From Candidatus Poribacteria bacterium (GTDB lineage: Bacteria; Poribacteria; WGA-4E; WGA-3G), in NCBI GenBank assembly GCA_965205025.1, contig CBDBFU010000020.1:192001-256000 (forward strand): a stretch of 64,000 nucleotides of DNA. Reading direction: 5' to 3'. Made by a program: the position numbers and the translations under genes. The notes beneath the pieces are model-generated. The model had not been told where the DNA came from and did not search any database. It worked only from the letters and a program-made list of their open reading frames with translations. Shown here in pieces: positions 11,119 to 20,960 of the stretch (its first letter is position 1; each line of letters opens with the position of its first letter).

Positions 11119-11446
11119 TTCTATGTTTCCTCTATTCAATTTATGCAATAATTATGCCATAAAATGTACCATTATTACAAACAAACTTTTAACGATAATT
11201 TACTGCTACTTATCAATTATTTATTTCCATGAATTTCCTTTACTGAGTTTAATGTTTTATGATAGATGTAAATTCATACAGATGACGTACATAAATGGGT
11301 GGATTTGTTAATTCAAGAGATTATTCTCATAAATGAACTGGATTATCAGCTATTTCTAAGGATCTGATAATGTAATTGAATCAAATCGGTAAAATCTGTC
11401 GGATATACTGGACAATGAAGTCTACTATCAGTTAGACCTAATTGTC

Positions 11447-11475
11447 TTGAATAATATAGTCAAAATTGATATACT
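11447..11475 (+). promoter_or_regulatory. Putative sigma70 promoter with extended -10, ~360 nt upstream of nadD
   Basis: TTGAAT-17 bp-TATACT with TG immediately upstream of the -10 element. Confidence 0.45.
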
Positions 11476-11837
11476 CTTGATTAGGAAAGTTGTGTCTAAC
11501 AGAATTCAGTAAAGAAGATATTAGGCAACGGTTCTGTACCAAGTATGTATACTTTGTGATTTTACTACACTATGTGTGACGATTGTCGAACGGAACATCT
11601 GGGTCTATGGATCAACACCGAACCAGTCAAGTCATCATTGTGAATGCCTATTCAGAATTCTGCTTGAGTTTATCTGATAACAGTATCTACCTTGGTTGTG
11701 AAAACTAATATGTGCATTTAAAATACCTTTTTCTGTCAGTTAACTTATGAAGTGTCTATTTTATTATTGAACGGTTCATCAGTCAATAAATCCTACGAAT
11801 ACTATCTGTCTACAGGATTTTATGTGAAATAAATTAA

Positions 11838-12433
11838 ATGAAAATAGCTATTATGGGAGGCACTTTTAATCCTATTCATTATGCACATTTGATGAGTGCC
11901 GAACAGGTGAGAGATGGTCTAAATTACGATAAGATTCTTTTTGTTCCAGCTGCCCGTCCTCCACATAAGTCACAACCTGATATGGTGTCTGCTGAACATA
12001 GATATCAGATGGTTAAATTAGCAACTGCAAAGAATCCTTATTTTGATGTTTCACGAATTGAACTTGATCGAAAGGGACCCTTCTTACACTATTCAGACAA
12101 TTAAGGTATTACGCCAAACTCTAAAAGAGTTAACAGAACTTGCTTGGATTATAGGGGCAGATTCATTAATTGAATACAAAATCTGGAAAGATTTCGATGA
12201 TGTGTTAAAACTATCTTCTTTGGTTGTAACGACTCGTCCAAACTATGATTTGGAGCAAGTTCCATTAGAAATCCGAAATCAAATTACAATATTTAGAATT
12301 ACTGGATCAGACATATCTGCAACAGAGATTCGTGATTCGAATTAGAAAATGCCTATCTGTAAGATATCTTGTTCCTGAAGATGTCGTTAATTATATTAAT
12401 AAACATCATTTGTACCGTGATCATTCAAATTGA
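11838..12433 (+). CDS. nadD: Nicotinate-nucleotide adenylyltransferase, two frameshifts (~12079, ~12336)
   Basis: GGTFNPIHYAH (HxGH-like), PPHK, PSYTIQT, IIGADS, ISATEIR. The C-terminus RIRKCLSVRYLVPEDVVNYINKHHLY is in a third frame ending at TGA 12431-12433. Confidence 0.92.
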
Positions 12434-12497
12434 ACATCTAATTTAGATGTTATCCAATCTTTGAATTCCAGCATTCAGAAAGTTGACTTGATATGGA

Positions 12498-12764
12498 GTG
12501 TCTATAATGAAGATAAAATGTAGTCAATGTGGTACTGAATATAAATTTATATATCAGAAGGATTTACCACTCCCTCCAAATTTTCCATTCTGTAGTAAGA
12601 GGTGTAAATCAATTGATTTAGGTAAATGGCTTAATGAAGAATACCGTATTAGTACACCTGTAACTGAAGATGAGGATTTAACCAGAATAGAGCATAATGT
12701 ATATAAAGAAATTCAAGAAGATGTATTGGCTAAACTACTTGAAAATGAAACTGATGATAAGTAG
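12498..12764 (+). CDS. yacG: DNA gyrase inhibitor YacG (zinc finger)
   Basis: CSQC...FPFCSKRCKSIDLGKWLNEEYRI signature. Confidence 0.9.
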   Translation: MSIMKIKCSQCGTEYKFIYQKDLPLPPNFPFCSKRCKSIDLGKWLNEEYRISTPVTEDEDLTRIEHNVYKEIQEDVLAKLLENETDDK

Positions 12765-12837
12765 ATAGATAACAATTTCGGTAAGATTATTCTATTTATC
12801 AATTTGATCTTGAATCGTTCCTAATGAGAGAATAGCA

Positions 12838-13479
12838 TTGAATATATTTGATTCAGTCGATAAAAACCCACATGTTTCATATCCTACACTGAAAGAAATC
12901 CGACAACATCCTAAGTCAATAGAAATCCAGAATTACCTATCAGAAAAATTAACTTCTGAACGACTTGACCATGTACTTTCAGTACAGGAGACAGCAATTG
13001 AATTAGCTCATTTCTACCAAGCAGATGTTTGGAAAATAAATTTAGCTGCATTACTTCATGATGTTGTAAAATGGATGGATGATGGACAATTATATGCTGC
13101 TGCTGCAGAATATAAAATAGAACTTGATCCAATTGAGAAGATTATGCCAGTTTTATTACATGCAGTTATTGGTGTGAAGTATGCCATAACTTTATTCAAT
13201 GTTACCGATTTGGATGTACTTGAAGCAATACGAAATCACACAACAGGAAATACCTCAATGGGTATCATATCAAAACTATTGTATGTGGCTGATTTTTCTG
13301 AACCAACTCGTGAATATATAGAAGCAGAATATGTTAGAGAATTAGCACAAAAAGACTTAGATCAAGCTGTACATCACGTCGCACGATATCAGATTGAATA
13401 TTTGCTAAAGAAGGGTTGGATCATTCATCCTAATACTCTTCAAACCTATAATCACACTCTGGTTAATGCAAATGTATAG
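12838..13479 (+). CDS. yqeK: HD-domain Ap4A hydrolase, YqeK family
   Basis: RLDHVLSV, AALLHD, LLHA, AIRNHTTG and LYVADFSEP motifs; nadD/rsfS context. Confidence 0.88.
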   Translation: MNIFDSVDKNPHVSYPTLKEIRQHPKSIEIQNYLSEKLTSERLDHVLSVQETAIELAHFYQADVWKINLAALLHDVVKWMDDGQLYAAAAEYKIELDPIEKIMPVLLHAVIGVKYAITLFNVTDLDVLEAIRNHTTGNTSMGIISKLLYVADFSEPTREYIEAEYVRELAQKDLDQAVHHVARYQIEYLLKKGWIIHPNTLQTYNHTLVNANV

Positions 13480-13492
13480 TAAAATGTAGTTT

Positions 13493-13526
13493 CACAGAAG
13501 ATATGTCAATGAAATCTTCGTGTTTT
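13493..13526 (+). terminator. Intrinsic terminator after yqeK
   Basis: CACAGAAGAT...ATCTTCGTG stem followed by TTTT. Confidence 0.5.
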
Positions 13527-13602
13527 GATTGATGTTATACACTTAAGAAAAATAGAATAAAGTTATATGTTTGAAGAAATTATGATTGCTTCAACCTAAA
13601 AT

Positions 13603-13822
13603 TAACGTGAATTTGATAATAGGTAAATGAACTTCATTTTCCAAATATATCACTCTTATAGGCCTGGTAGATGCGGTTTTATGAATTTTAAATAAGTAAT
13701 GGGGTAATGCAATCCATAGAATTATCGTACTGTCTGGGTTGTCCCGTATATTACAGAATTTTATAATTGATCTTCATTAACCACACCAAAGTATGAAAAT
13801 CTGATTTATCAAACTCACGTTA
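13603..13822. mobile_element. MITE-like element, copy 1 (TIR TAACGTGAGTTTGATAA) with a REP-like hairpin interrupted by an insert
   Basis: Ends TAACGTGAATTTGATAA / TTATCAAACTCACGTTA; the interior aligns with 56684-56808 apart from an ~95-bp insertion. Confidence 0.75.
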
Positions 13823-14020
13823 TAATGACGCTTCTTCTTTTCAAGAATTTTCTCCTACAATGGTCTGGATTGTGAAATTACTTATGACTATTGATTTTTA
13901 GTTAGTATGGACAATTGACAGTAATTCTTGCAGGAAACAGGACTATTGATAATAGGTAGTAATTCTTAACCAGACATCCCCCAGTTAATGAATTAACCCA
14001 TTCATTAGGAGAACTATAAT

Positions 14021-14464
14021 ATGGACAGCAATCAAACATTGGAAATTATAAAGGCTGCAGCATCTGCTGCAGTAAGTCATCGTGCGCAAAACCCTGTAAT
14101 TCTTGACCTTCGTGAGTTGGATTGCTTTACAGATTTTTTTGCTATTTTTAGTGGTATTTCAGATATTCAGGTTGAAGGTATTTCTGAAGCGGTATTAGAA
14201 GAACTGGAGGTAAATTGGGACCAACGACCTTGGCACCGAGAGGGTGCACAAAAAGCTGACTGGATTTTGTTAGACTATGTAGATTTTGTTATACATGTAT
14301 TCTTGGAGGAGAAACGTTCCTACTATAGTTTGGAAAGACTGTGGGCAGAAGCACCACATGTAGAAATACCAGATTTCGATGGGATTCCTATCACCGATCA
14401 ACCTGAAGAATTTGATGAAGATGAAATGGTATTAGGACTTGTTTCTGATGAAAGTGAGAAGTAG
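14021..14464 (+). CDS. rsfS: Ribosome silencing factor with acidic C-terminal tail
   Basis: ILDLR...TDFFAIFSG, REG, WILLDYVDFVIHVF, RSYYSLERLW. Confidence 0.93.
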   Translation: MDSNQTLEIIKAAASAAVSHRAQNPVILDLRELDCFTDFFAIFSGISDIQVEGISEAVLEELEVNWDQRPWHREGAQKADWILLDYVDFVIHVFLEEKRSYYSLERLWAEAPHVEIPDFDGIPITDQPEEFDEDEMVLGLVSDESEK

Positions 14465-14637
14465 AAGGATGTTTTATTTTATCTAATGTGAATCACATCC
14501 AAAATTTATAGAATTGGATGGGTTTGGAGGTATATTGGTGAGACCACAAACAAAATATTGATGGACATGTTTATTTGTCTGAATCGCTAATTATTCTGAG
14601 GAAGGGATTGTGGTTTTAGGTTGATGGATGAGAGATG

Positions 14638-15372
14638 TTATTCTATTGAAGTTAGAAGAACTGTAACGTTATCTGTTCCACCGAGGGTAAGTGCTCTTTC
14701 GACTAAGTTTTCACTTGCGGCTTCAAGGGAGGATGAAGAAGAGATGATATTTTTTGTTTCTGTATCGTCAATAATTAAATCGTGCAATCCATCAGTACAA
14801 GCAAGAATAGTATCTCCTGCAGCAAGTGGATAGACATCTGTATTGAAGTCTATTGTTTCTGCTAATCCAATCGCTTGAGTAATTATATTACGTTTTGCAT
14901 GTACCCGTCCCTCTTCAGGTGTAATCTCGCCTTTCTCAATCATCTCTTGAACTAAGGAGTCATCAGTGGTAATTTGTGTTAGAATATCGTCGTGTAATAC
15001 ATAAATCCTACTATCACCTACATGGACATAAGTTAGGTAACTTGGGGTAACAAATCCTGCTGTAAGAGTTGTCCCCATCCCTTGATACTGAGGAGAATTC
15101 TGAGCCATAGTATAGACTCTATGATTTGCCTCTATTGCTATTTCTTCTAATATTGTAAGTCTTTTAATCGGACCAAGATCACTCGCCAGGTATGTATTTG
15201 ATTCTGCCCATTCTTCAAAAACTTGAAGTGCAAGTTTACTTGCAATATCACCTCGAGCATGTCCACTCATGCCGTCTGCAATTGCAAATAGACGATTCTT
15301 ATTATCATAATAATAGGAATCTTCGTTTCTCTCTCGAAGTGTGCCGATGTCTGTTTTGGCAACAAAGTCCAT
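14638..15372 (-). CDS. PP2C-family Ser/Thr protein phosphatase (PrpC/Stp1-like)
   Basis: TDIG..RERNEDS, IADGMSGH, GMGTT, HVGDSRIY, CTDGL, GGTDNVT. Confidence 0.93.
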   Translation of the reverse strand: MDFVAKTDIGTLRERNEDSYYYDNKNRLFAIADGMSGHARGDIASKLALQVFEEWAESNTYLASDLGPIKRLTILEEIAIEANHRVYTMAQNSPQYQGMGTTLTAGFVTPSYLTYVHVGDSRIYVLHDDILTQITTDDSLVQEMIEKGEITPEEGRVHAKRNIITQAIGLAETIDFNTDVYPLAAGDTILACTDGLHDLIIDDTETKNIISSSSSLEAASENLVERALTLGGTDNVTVLLTSIE

Positions 15373-15658
15373 CTTTTTGTCCTTCTTCCGTGTAATTGTA
15401 TACTATTAACGATAAAACAGTATTTCTGTTTCATTTTAATCATTTTGTTATATTCATAATAGTTTCTACGGTATGAATGCAAAAAGGCACATCATGGGTA
15501 ATCCCGTATGGAATTCATAAGGAAATCCCTCTACCCTGGTTGTGAAAATAGAAATTTAGGATTAATACTATAATTCTTACATTAAACTTACATTAGTTCC
15601 TTATACCTGTTCAATAATTATGAAGTAAGACAATAGATACAATTTAAGTATTAGTAGA

Positions 15659-15898
15659 TTGACTAACTTACCCAAACATCATTTTTTTGGTTATTATGGT
15701 ATCAATCCGTGGGATTGTTCTGGAGAATTCCATCTTGCTTTGGAAACTGATTTTCACACATACACACCAAAAACTACCGATGTAGCAAATGTTGGTCTTG
15801 TTAATCGTCTGACTGGTGATTTTATTACTTATGCAACAACTTCTGCTTTCAATCTTCAACAAGGTAGAATGAGTCATAAACTCCATTTACAGTTATAG
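15659..15898 (+). pseudogene. Truncated N-terminal fragment of a probable beta-propeller (TolB/oligogalacturonate-lyase-like) protein
   Basis: HHFFGYYGINPWD...AFNLQQG resembles the start of ~400-aa propeller proteins, but the ORF stops at 79 aa. Confidence 0.5.
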
Positions 15899-15986
15899 AA
15901 AAAATATACCAAAATTGGATTCATACTAAAATAGTGTAGCCAGAAATACCGATAACCATCAGTTTTTATCGAAAAGGAATATTCGA

Positions 15987-17039
15987 ATGGTAGAATCAAC
16001 ATCAATTACTGATCTTCATAATCAATCTCTTGTTATAGATTCACATAATGACTCCATTGTGGCTCATATTCGACGGGGAAATATTAACCTCAAAGACGAA
16101 TATACAAAGAGTGAAAAGACACATAATGGAACAATTTCCTATTTGCGTGGTAAAGTTCCACCAGAAGAAGATGCAATTGGTATTCAGCTAAATATCCCTA
16201 AGATGCGTCAAGGTGGGATTGATGCTGCTTTCTTTGCAGTTGATGTGACCCGTGCATGGAAAAACCATCTATCCTATGCATTGGACGCTTTTGGATGGTT
16301 TGATATGCAGGTAGAAGCAAACACAACTGATATCTGTATAGCCAGAAATAGTGCAGATATACGTACTGCTAAATCAGATGGTAAGATAGCATCTATCTTA
16401 GCTATTGAAAATAGTGAGGGTGTAGAACGTAGTTTGAATATATTACGTTCACTTTATTGTTTGGGTGTTCGGTCGATTGGATTAACCCATAATCCTAATA
16501 CTTGGGTATCAACGGGCATAGATGAAGGAGAAACTGGTGGTGGGTTGACGAAATTTGGTATTGAGTTAGTTAAAGAGATGAACTCACTTGGAATACTTGT
16601 GGATGTTTCACATATAAGTGAACGTGGTTTTTGGGATGTATTGGATACATCGACTAAGCCAATTATAGCAACTCATAGCAATTGTAAAACTTTGTGTAAC
16701 CATCCACGAAACTTAACAAATGAACAACTCAAAGCAATTGCAGCGAATGACGGAGTAGTTGGTATTACCTTTGTACCGGGTTTCATTACTGAGGATGGAT
16801 GGAGTAACCCTCCACCTTTTTCAAAATTACTCAATCATATTGAATATGCTATAGATATCGCTGGAGTTGACCATGTTGGGTTAGGATCTGATTTTGATGG
16901 TGGTGGGGATCTTCTTAAGGATGCATCGGTATTTCCAAAAATCACTGAAGGTTTAATTGAACGTGGATATTCTGATGAGGAAATACAGAAGGTGTTAGGA
17001 GGTAATCATCTTCGTGTATTTGAAATGGTCTGTGGATAG
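15987..17039 (+). CDS. Membrane dipeptidase (peptidase M19)
   Basis: DSHND, AIENSEG, LTHN, VDVSH, THSN, HPRN, GSDFDG, KVLGGN. Confidence 0.93.
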   Translation: MVESTSITDLHNQSLVIDSHNDSIVAHIRRGNINLKDEYTKSEKTHNGTISYLRGKVPPEEDAIGIQLNIPKMRQGGIDAAFFAVDVTRAWKNHLSYALDAFGWFDMQVEANTTDICIARNSADIRTAKSDGKIASILAIENSEGVERSLNILRSLYCLGVRSIGLTHNPNTWVSTGIDEGETGGGLTKFGIELVKEMNSLGILVDVSHISERGFWDVLDTSTKPIIATHSNCKTLCNHPRNLTNEQLKAIAANDGVVGITFVPGFITEDGWSNPPPFSKLLNHIEYAIDIAGVDHVGLGSDFDGGGDLLKDASVFPKITEGLIERGYSDEEIQKVLGGNHLRVFEMVCG

Positions 17040-17063
17040 GGATCACATTACATTAATTGATTG

Positions 17064-17646
17064 GGGTATTTCGTTTAAAGAATTCTAATTTTATATTGTG
17101 AATGATTGCTACATAAGTGTTTTCTTATTTGTAAACCCAAGTGATTTGTGAGTTCTGTTTAGAAGCGAGTCCAAGTTGCTATGGATGTATATCCTTTATG
17201 TCCACACATAAGTCCAACAACGAGGAGACCGAGGATTGACTTCAACGGATGTCGTTTTCCTTTATTGTTGCGTGGGTCAAAAATTTCAGCTAACATATTT
17301 ATCAAGTGGCAAGATTTTTTTTAGATTATTCACAACTGTGATAAAAAACACCCAGAAATAAGAATATACCTATGAATTTATCAAAAAGATCAGACAACTA
17401 TTTTGAATCAATTCCGAAAAAAATGCTATAGGCAAAATTTGAACATTTCAAGCAATATCAAAACCAAAGAAAACCAACAAGAGAAATATTATATAACTTT
17501 TTTCACAGAAAAATGTCATTTTACAAATTCGTCCGAGAATACAGTCTACGACAAGGGTTATCGCCAATTTACATGAATATAAAAAACCGTAAAAAGTTAC
17601 GATTTCGTAACTTTTCGCAAATAATGGTCAAATTATTTACACACCC
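17064..17646. mobile_element. Degenerate IS remnant bounded by GGGT...ACCC ends and a 9-bp direct repeat
   Basis: AATTGATTG at 17055-17063 and 17647-17655; right end TTTACACACCC is the same terminus as at 39294; contains an ISAs1 transposase fragment. Confidence 0.55.
17110..17296 (-). pseudogene. ISAs1-family transposase N-terminal fragment
   Basis: Translates as MLAEIFDPRNNKGKRHPLKSILGLLVVGLMCGHKGYTSIATWTRF* (stop at 17159-17161), matching the DPRxxxGKRHxL...CG..GY..IA.W pattern. Confidence 0.8.
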
Positions 17647-17795
17647 AATTGATTGATGATTCTGGAATTTAGAGTCTGATTATGATATGATATACCATCA
17701 AATAACATAGTTTTCACTGATACTATGTAATTCTAAACACCATGAAATGTTATCTGAATCATACACATAAGTGTATATTAGGAAGATAGTTTTAT

Positions 17796-18623
17796 ATGCA
17801 ATTAAGTCAAAAACAACTTTCACAATTTAGAGAAGACGGATACCTTGCTATTGATGATTTCTTCACATCTGAAGAAGCTGAGGTATTACGAATTGAATTG
17901 GAACGAATCTATAATAAAGAATTAGAGCAAGGAACCGGTATAAATTGTGCCGTTCAAGACGATGGCACCAAACGAGATAACGAGGGTGAACGTCAAAACC
18001 TACAAGTAATACCTCTCAACAATCGTAGTGATCTTCATAAAGGTTTACCCTTTCATCCCAAAGTTGTTTCAACTGTACAGCAACTCATCGGTGATGAATT
18101 TATGCTGGAATTAGATCAGGCGTTTTGGAAACCACCAAAAGTTGGAATTGGAACAAGTTGGCATCAAGATAATGCATACTTCAAAATTGCGGATCCATTA
18201 CGCGGTACTGCTATGTGGATTGCAATCCATGATGCAAATATTGAAAATGGATGTATTCATGTAATACCTGGAAGTCATCGGGAAACCTATGAGCATTATC
18301 GTGATCCGTTAAGTGACCACCATATACGGTGTGATCCTCCTGAAGAACGTGCTGTACCGATCGAATTAAAAGCAGGGGGTGTACTTTTCTTCTGTTATGG
18401 ATGTGCACACTGTACAAAATCAAATCTATCTGATAAAGAACGGGCTGGGGTTGCTCTCCATTTTCTACATAATGATTTTGGAGGAAAAGATCTTTGGGAG
18501 CGAAATAATGCTACAAAACCAATGATCTTAGGTCCATTAGCTTCTGGAGGAGAAAAGGAATTTGGTCAGAAATTCGAAGGTAGATGGCAGGAATTAATGG
18601 ACAGTGTTCTTACACCTACATAA
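17796..18623 (+). CDS. Phytanoyl-CoA dioxygenase (PhyH) family Fe(II)/2OG oxygenase
   Basis: F.EDGYL, WHQDNAY (HxD), WIAIHDA..ENGC..VIPGSH, distal His and Arg. Confidence 0.92.
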   Translation: MQLSQKQLSQFREDGYLAIDDFFTSEEAEVLRIELERIYNKELEQGTGINCAVQDDGTKRDNEGERQNLQVIPLNNRSDLHKGLPFHPKVVSTVQQLIGDEFMLELDQAFWKPPKVGIGTSWHQDNAYFKIADPLRGTAMWIAIHDANIENGCIHVIPGSHRETYEHYRDPLSDHHIRCDPPEERAVPIELKAGGVLFFCYGCAHCTKSNLSDKERAGVALHFLHNDFGGKDLWERNNATKPMILGPLASGGEKEFGQKFEGRWQELMDSVLTPT

Positions 18624-19000
18624 ATTTGCAATTGTATATCCAGTGCAGACCTACTTTTAAAATAATGCTGATTCATTAAAATTCTTAACCAACAATTTTG
18701 TATGTACCATGTCTAATTAGGTGTATATAAAATCTATAGGTTAATTTAGATAAATCCATAGAATTTGGTTATGATCGCAATCTTGATATTTATATATCTT
18801 GATTCAAAGTGAGATTATTGTTAGTATACATATACTCATACTATTTTATGTCTTTCTATTTCAGAATTGATACTTCAACTTAGTAGTATCTGATAGAGAA
18901 AACAAACAAATGGTTATTTGTAATTCTAATAACCAATTCTTCATACCACTATTGGGTGTTAAATCTTATTTTAACAACCTATAATTTGGAGGTATATTCA

Positions 19001-19789
19001 ATGTTCTGGTCAAAAAATTTGTCAATTTTATCAGTTTTAATGTTTCTAATAGTTGGTTCGATAAACGCAGAACTTACAGATGATTTAGTAGTATATTTTA
19101 CTTTTGATGATGTTAGTGGAAAAACTATCAAAGATAGTTCAGGAAACGGACTTGATGCTAATATCATAGCAAATACGGAAATAGTTAAGGGTAAGGTTGG
19201 GGACGCCATTAAGATAACTAAGGAAGGTGCTGATTGTGTAAATGTACCTGCTGATGATAAATTGAAAATCAGTGGAGAGATTTCAATGGCAGCATGGGTA
19301 TGGATGGAAGCCTGGAACAACAATTCACAATGGTTTGACAAGAACTGTCATAATGGAGGGGAACACACATCCTATGGGATTGGTGTATTTGGTGATGGTA
19401 ACAGTTTCAATATGTTCTTAGGTTCAGATGCAAATCGTCAACATTTGAATAAACCCCATAATTTAAAAGCAAAAACATGGCACCACGTCGTTGGAGTCTA
19501 TGATGGAAATGCTATGTTAGTTTATGTAGATGGTGATCTTGCCGTTGAAGAGAGTAAGAAATTCAATTTTACGGGAACTAATGATCAAGATCTACGGATT
19601 GGATGCTCGAAAGATAGACCTCAATATTCTTTTGAAAACGGTATGATTGATGAAGCAGCTGTCTGGAGTCGGGCATTAAGTGCCGATGAAGTAAGTGCTG
19701 CAATGGGTGGTGATGTCCTTGCAGTGTCAGCTAAGAATAAAACCACAACAACTTGGGGAATGATTAAACAAAGAACTGCTATTCAATAA
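19001..19789 (+). CDS. Secreted LamG-like jellyroll protein with C-terminal TTWGxIK tail
   Basis: GGAGG RBS before ATG 19001; signal peptide; LVVYFTFD, DSSGNG, WHHVVGVYDG, YVDG, GMIDE..VWSRALS. Confidence 0.9.
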   Translation: MFWSKNLSILSVLMFLIVGSINAELTDDLVVYFTFDDVSGKTIKDSSGNGLDANIIANTEIVKGKVGDAIKITKEGADCVNVPADDKLKISGEISMAAWVWMEAWNNNSQWFDKNCHNGGEHTSYGIGVFGDGNSFNMFLGSDANRQHLNKPHNLKAKTWHHVVGVYDGNAMLVYVDGDLAVEESKKFNFTGTNDQDLRIGCSKDRPQYSFENGMIDEAAVWSRALSADEVSAAMGGDVLAVSAKNKTTTTWGMIKQRTAIQ

Positions 19790-19812
19790 ATCTTTCTACA
19801 TAAGTTATATAG

Positions 19813-19856
19813 CACAGGTGTCATTCATGCAGATGCATAATAGACACCTGTGTTTT
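19813..19856 (+). terminator. Intrinsic terminator after the LamG gene
   Basis: CACAGGTGTC / GACACCTGTG 10-bp stem followed by TTTT. Confidence 0.7.
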
Positions 19857-19892
19857 CTTATTCATATATAGGCTTATACATATAAAGGAAAA

Positions 19893-20945
19893 ATGATGGT
19901 AAAAATAGGAATAATCGGTATTGGCTTTATGGGGATGATTCACTATTATGGTATTCAACGGGGATCTGGGGCAGAGGTCGTCGCAATTTGTACACGTGAT
20001 GAGAAAAAACTCAATGGTGATTGGACAAGTATACAAGGTAATTTTGGACCTCGTGGAGGAATGGAGGATCTATCAAGTATTAGAAAATACAATGATATTG
20101 ACGAATTTCTTGAGGATGAAGAAATTGACCTTGTCGATATCTGTTTACCTACCCATTTACACAAATCTGTTAGTCTCGCTTCCTTAAATTCTGGAAAACA
20201 CACTCTGGTAGAGAAACCGATTTCTATTGATATTAATGATGCAAATGAAATTGTTGATACTGCAAAGAAAGTCGGTAAAGAATTCATGGTTGCTCATGTA
20301 TTACCATTCTTCGCAGAATATGCCTATGCTAAAAATATCGTAGATAGTGGAGAATATGGTGATCTACTTGGTGGACATTTTAAAAGAATTATTTCTAAAC
20401 CGGGAGCCACAAGAGATCCAGCCAGTATAGCAAAGAGTGGCGGACCGGGTATAGACCTACATATTCACGATACACACTTTATTCAACTATTATGTGGAGT
20501 GCCTGATGCAGTATTCTCACAAGGCAGGTTAGCCAGTGGTGATTTTGTAGATTTTTTAACAACACAGTATATCTATAATGATAAAGAACTTACAATTAGT
20601 TGTTCATCTGGTGGTATCTCTCAAAGAGGTAGAGCTTTCTCACACGGTTTTGAACTCTTCTTGGAAAAAGCAACTTTACTCTTCGATTTCTCTACACTTG
20701 CCGGTGAACCTTCTACGGCTGTACCGTTGACCCTCATTACTGAGGATGGAACTGTTGAAGAAGTAGATTTGGGTGAAGTAGATCCTGTGGATGCATTTAC
20801 TGCGGAGATACAATATGCAGTGGATGCGATTACCAATAATGAACAACCGACAGCATTGTCAGGTATCGGGGCCAGAGACGCACTACTTCTTTGCTATAAA
20901 GAAGCAGAATCGGTTAAAACAGGTAAAATTGTACCCATTCGCTAA
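19893..20945 (+). CDS. Gfo/Idh/MocA family oxidoreductase
   Basis: IGIIGIGFMG Rossmann motif, ICLPTHLH, EKP, DLHIHD. Confidence 0.93.
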   Translation: MMVKIGIIGIGFMGMIHYYGIQRGSGAEVVAICTRDEKKLNGDWTSIQGNFGPRGGMEDLSSIRKYNDIDEFLEDEEIDLVDICLPTHLHKSVSLASLNSGKHTLVEKPISIDINDANEIVDTAKKVGKEFMVAHVLPFFAEYAYAKNIVDSGEYGDLLGGHFKRIISKPGATRDPASIAKSGGPGIDLHIHDTHFIQLLCGVPDAVFSQGRLASGDFVDFLTTQYIYNDKELTISCSSGGISQRGRAFSHGFELFLEKATLLFDFSTLAGEPSTAVPLTLITEDGTVEEVDLGEVDPVDAFTAEIQYAVDAITNNEQPTALSGIGARDALLLCYKEAESVKTGKIVPIR

Positions 20946-20960
20946 ATCATAGGATTTTTC

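Noticed and set aside
12070-12085. Programmed ribosomal frameshift in nadD (AAAGGGACCC)
   Set aside because: Not a canonical slippery heptamer, a second shift is needed in the same gene, and similar single-base excesses occur in neighbouring genes
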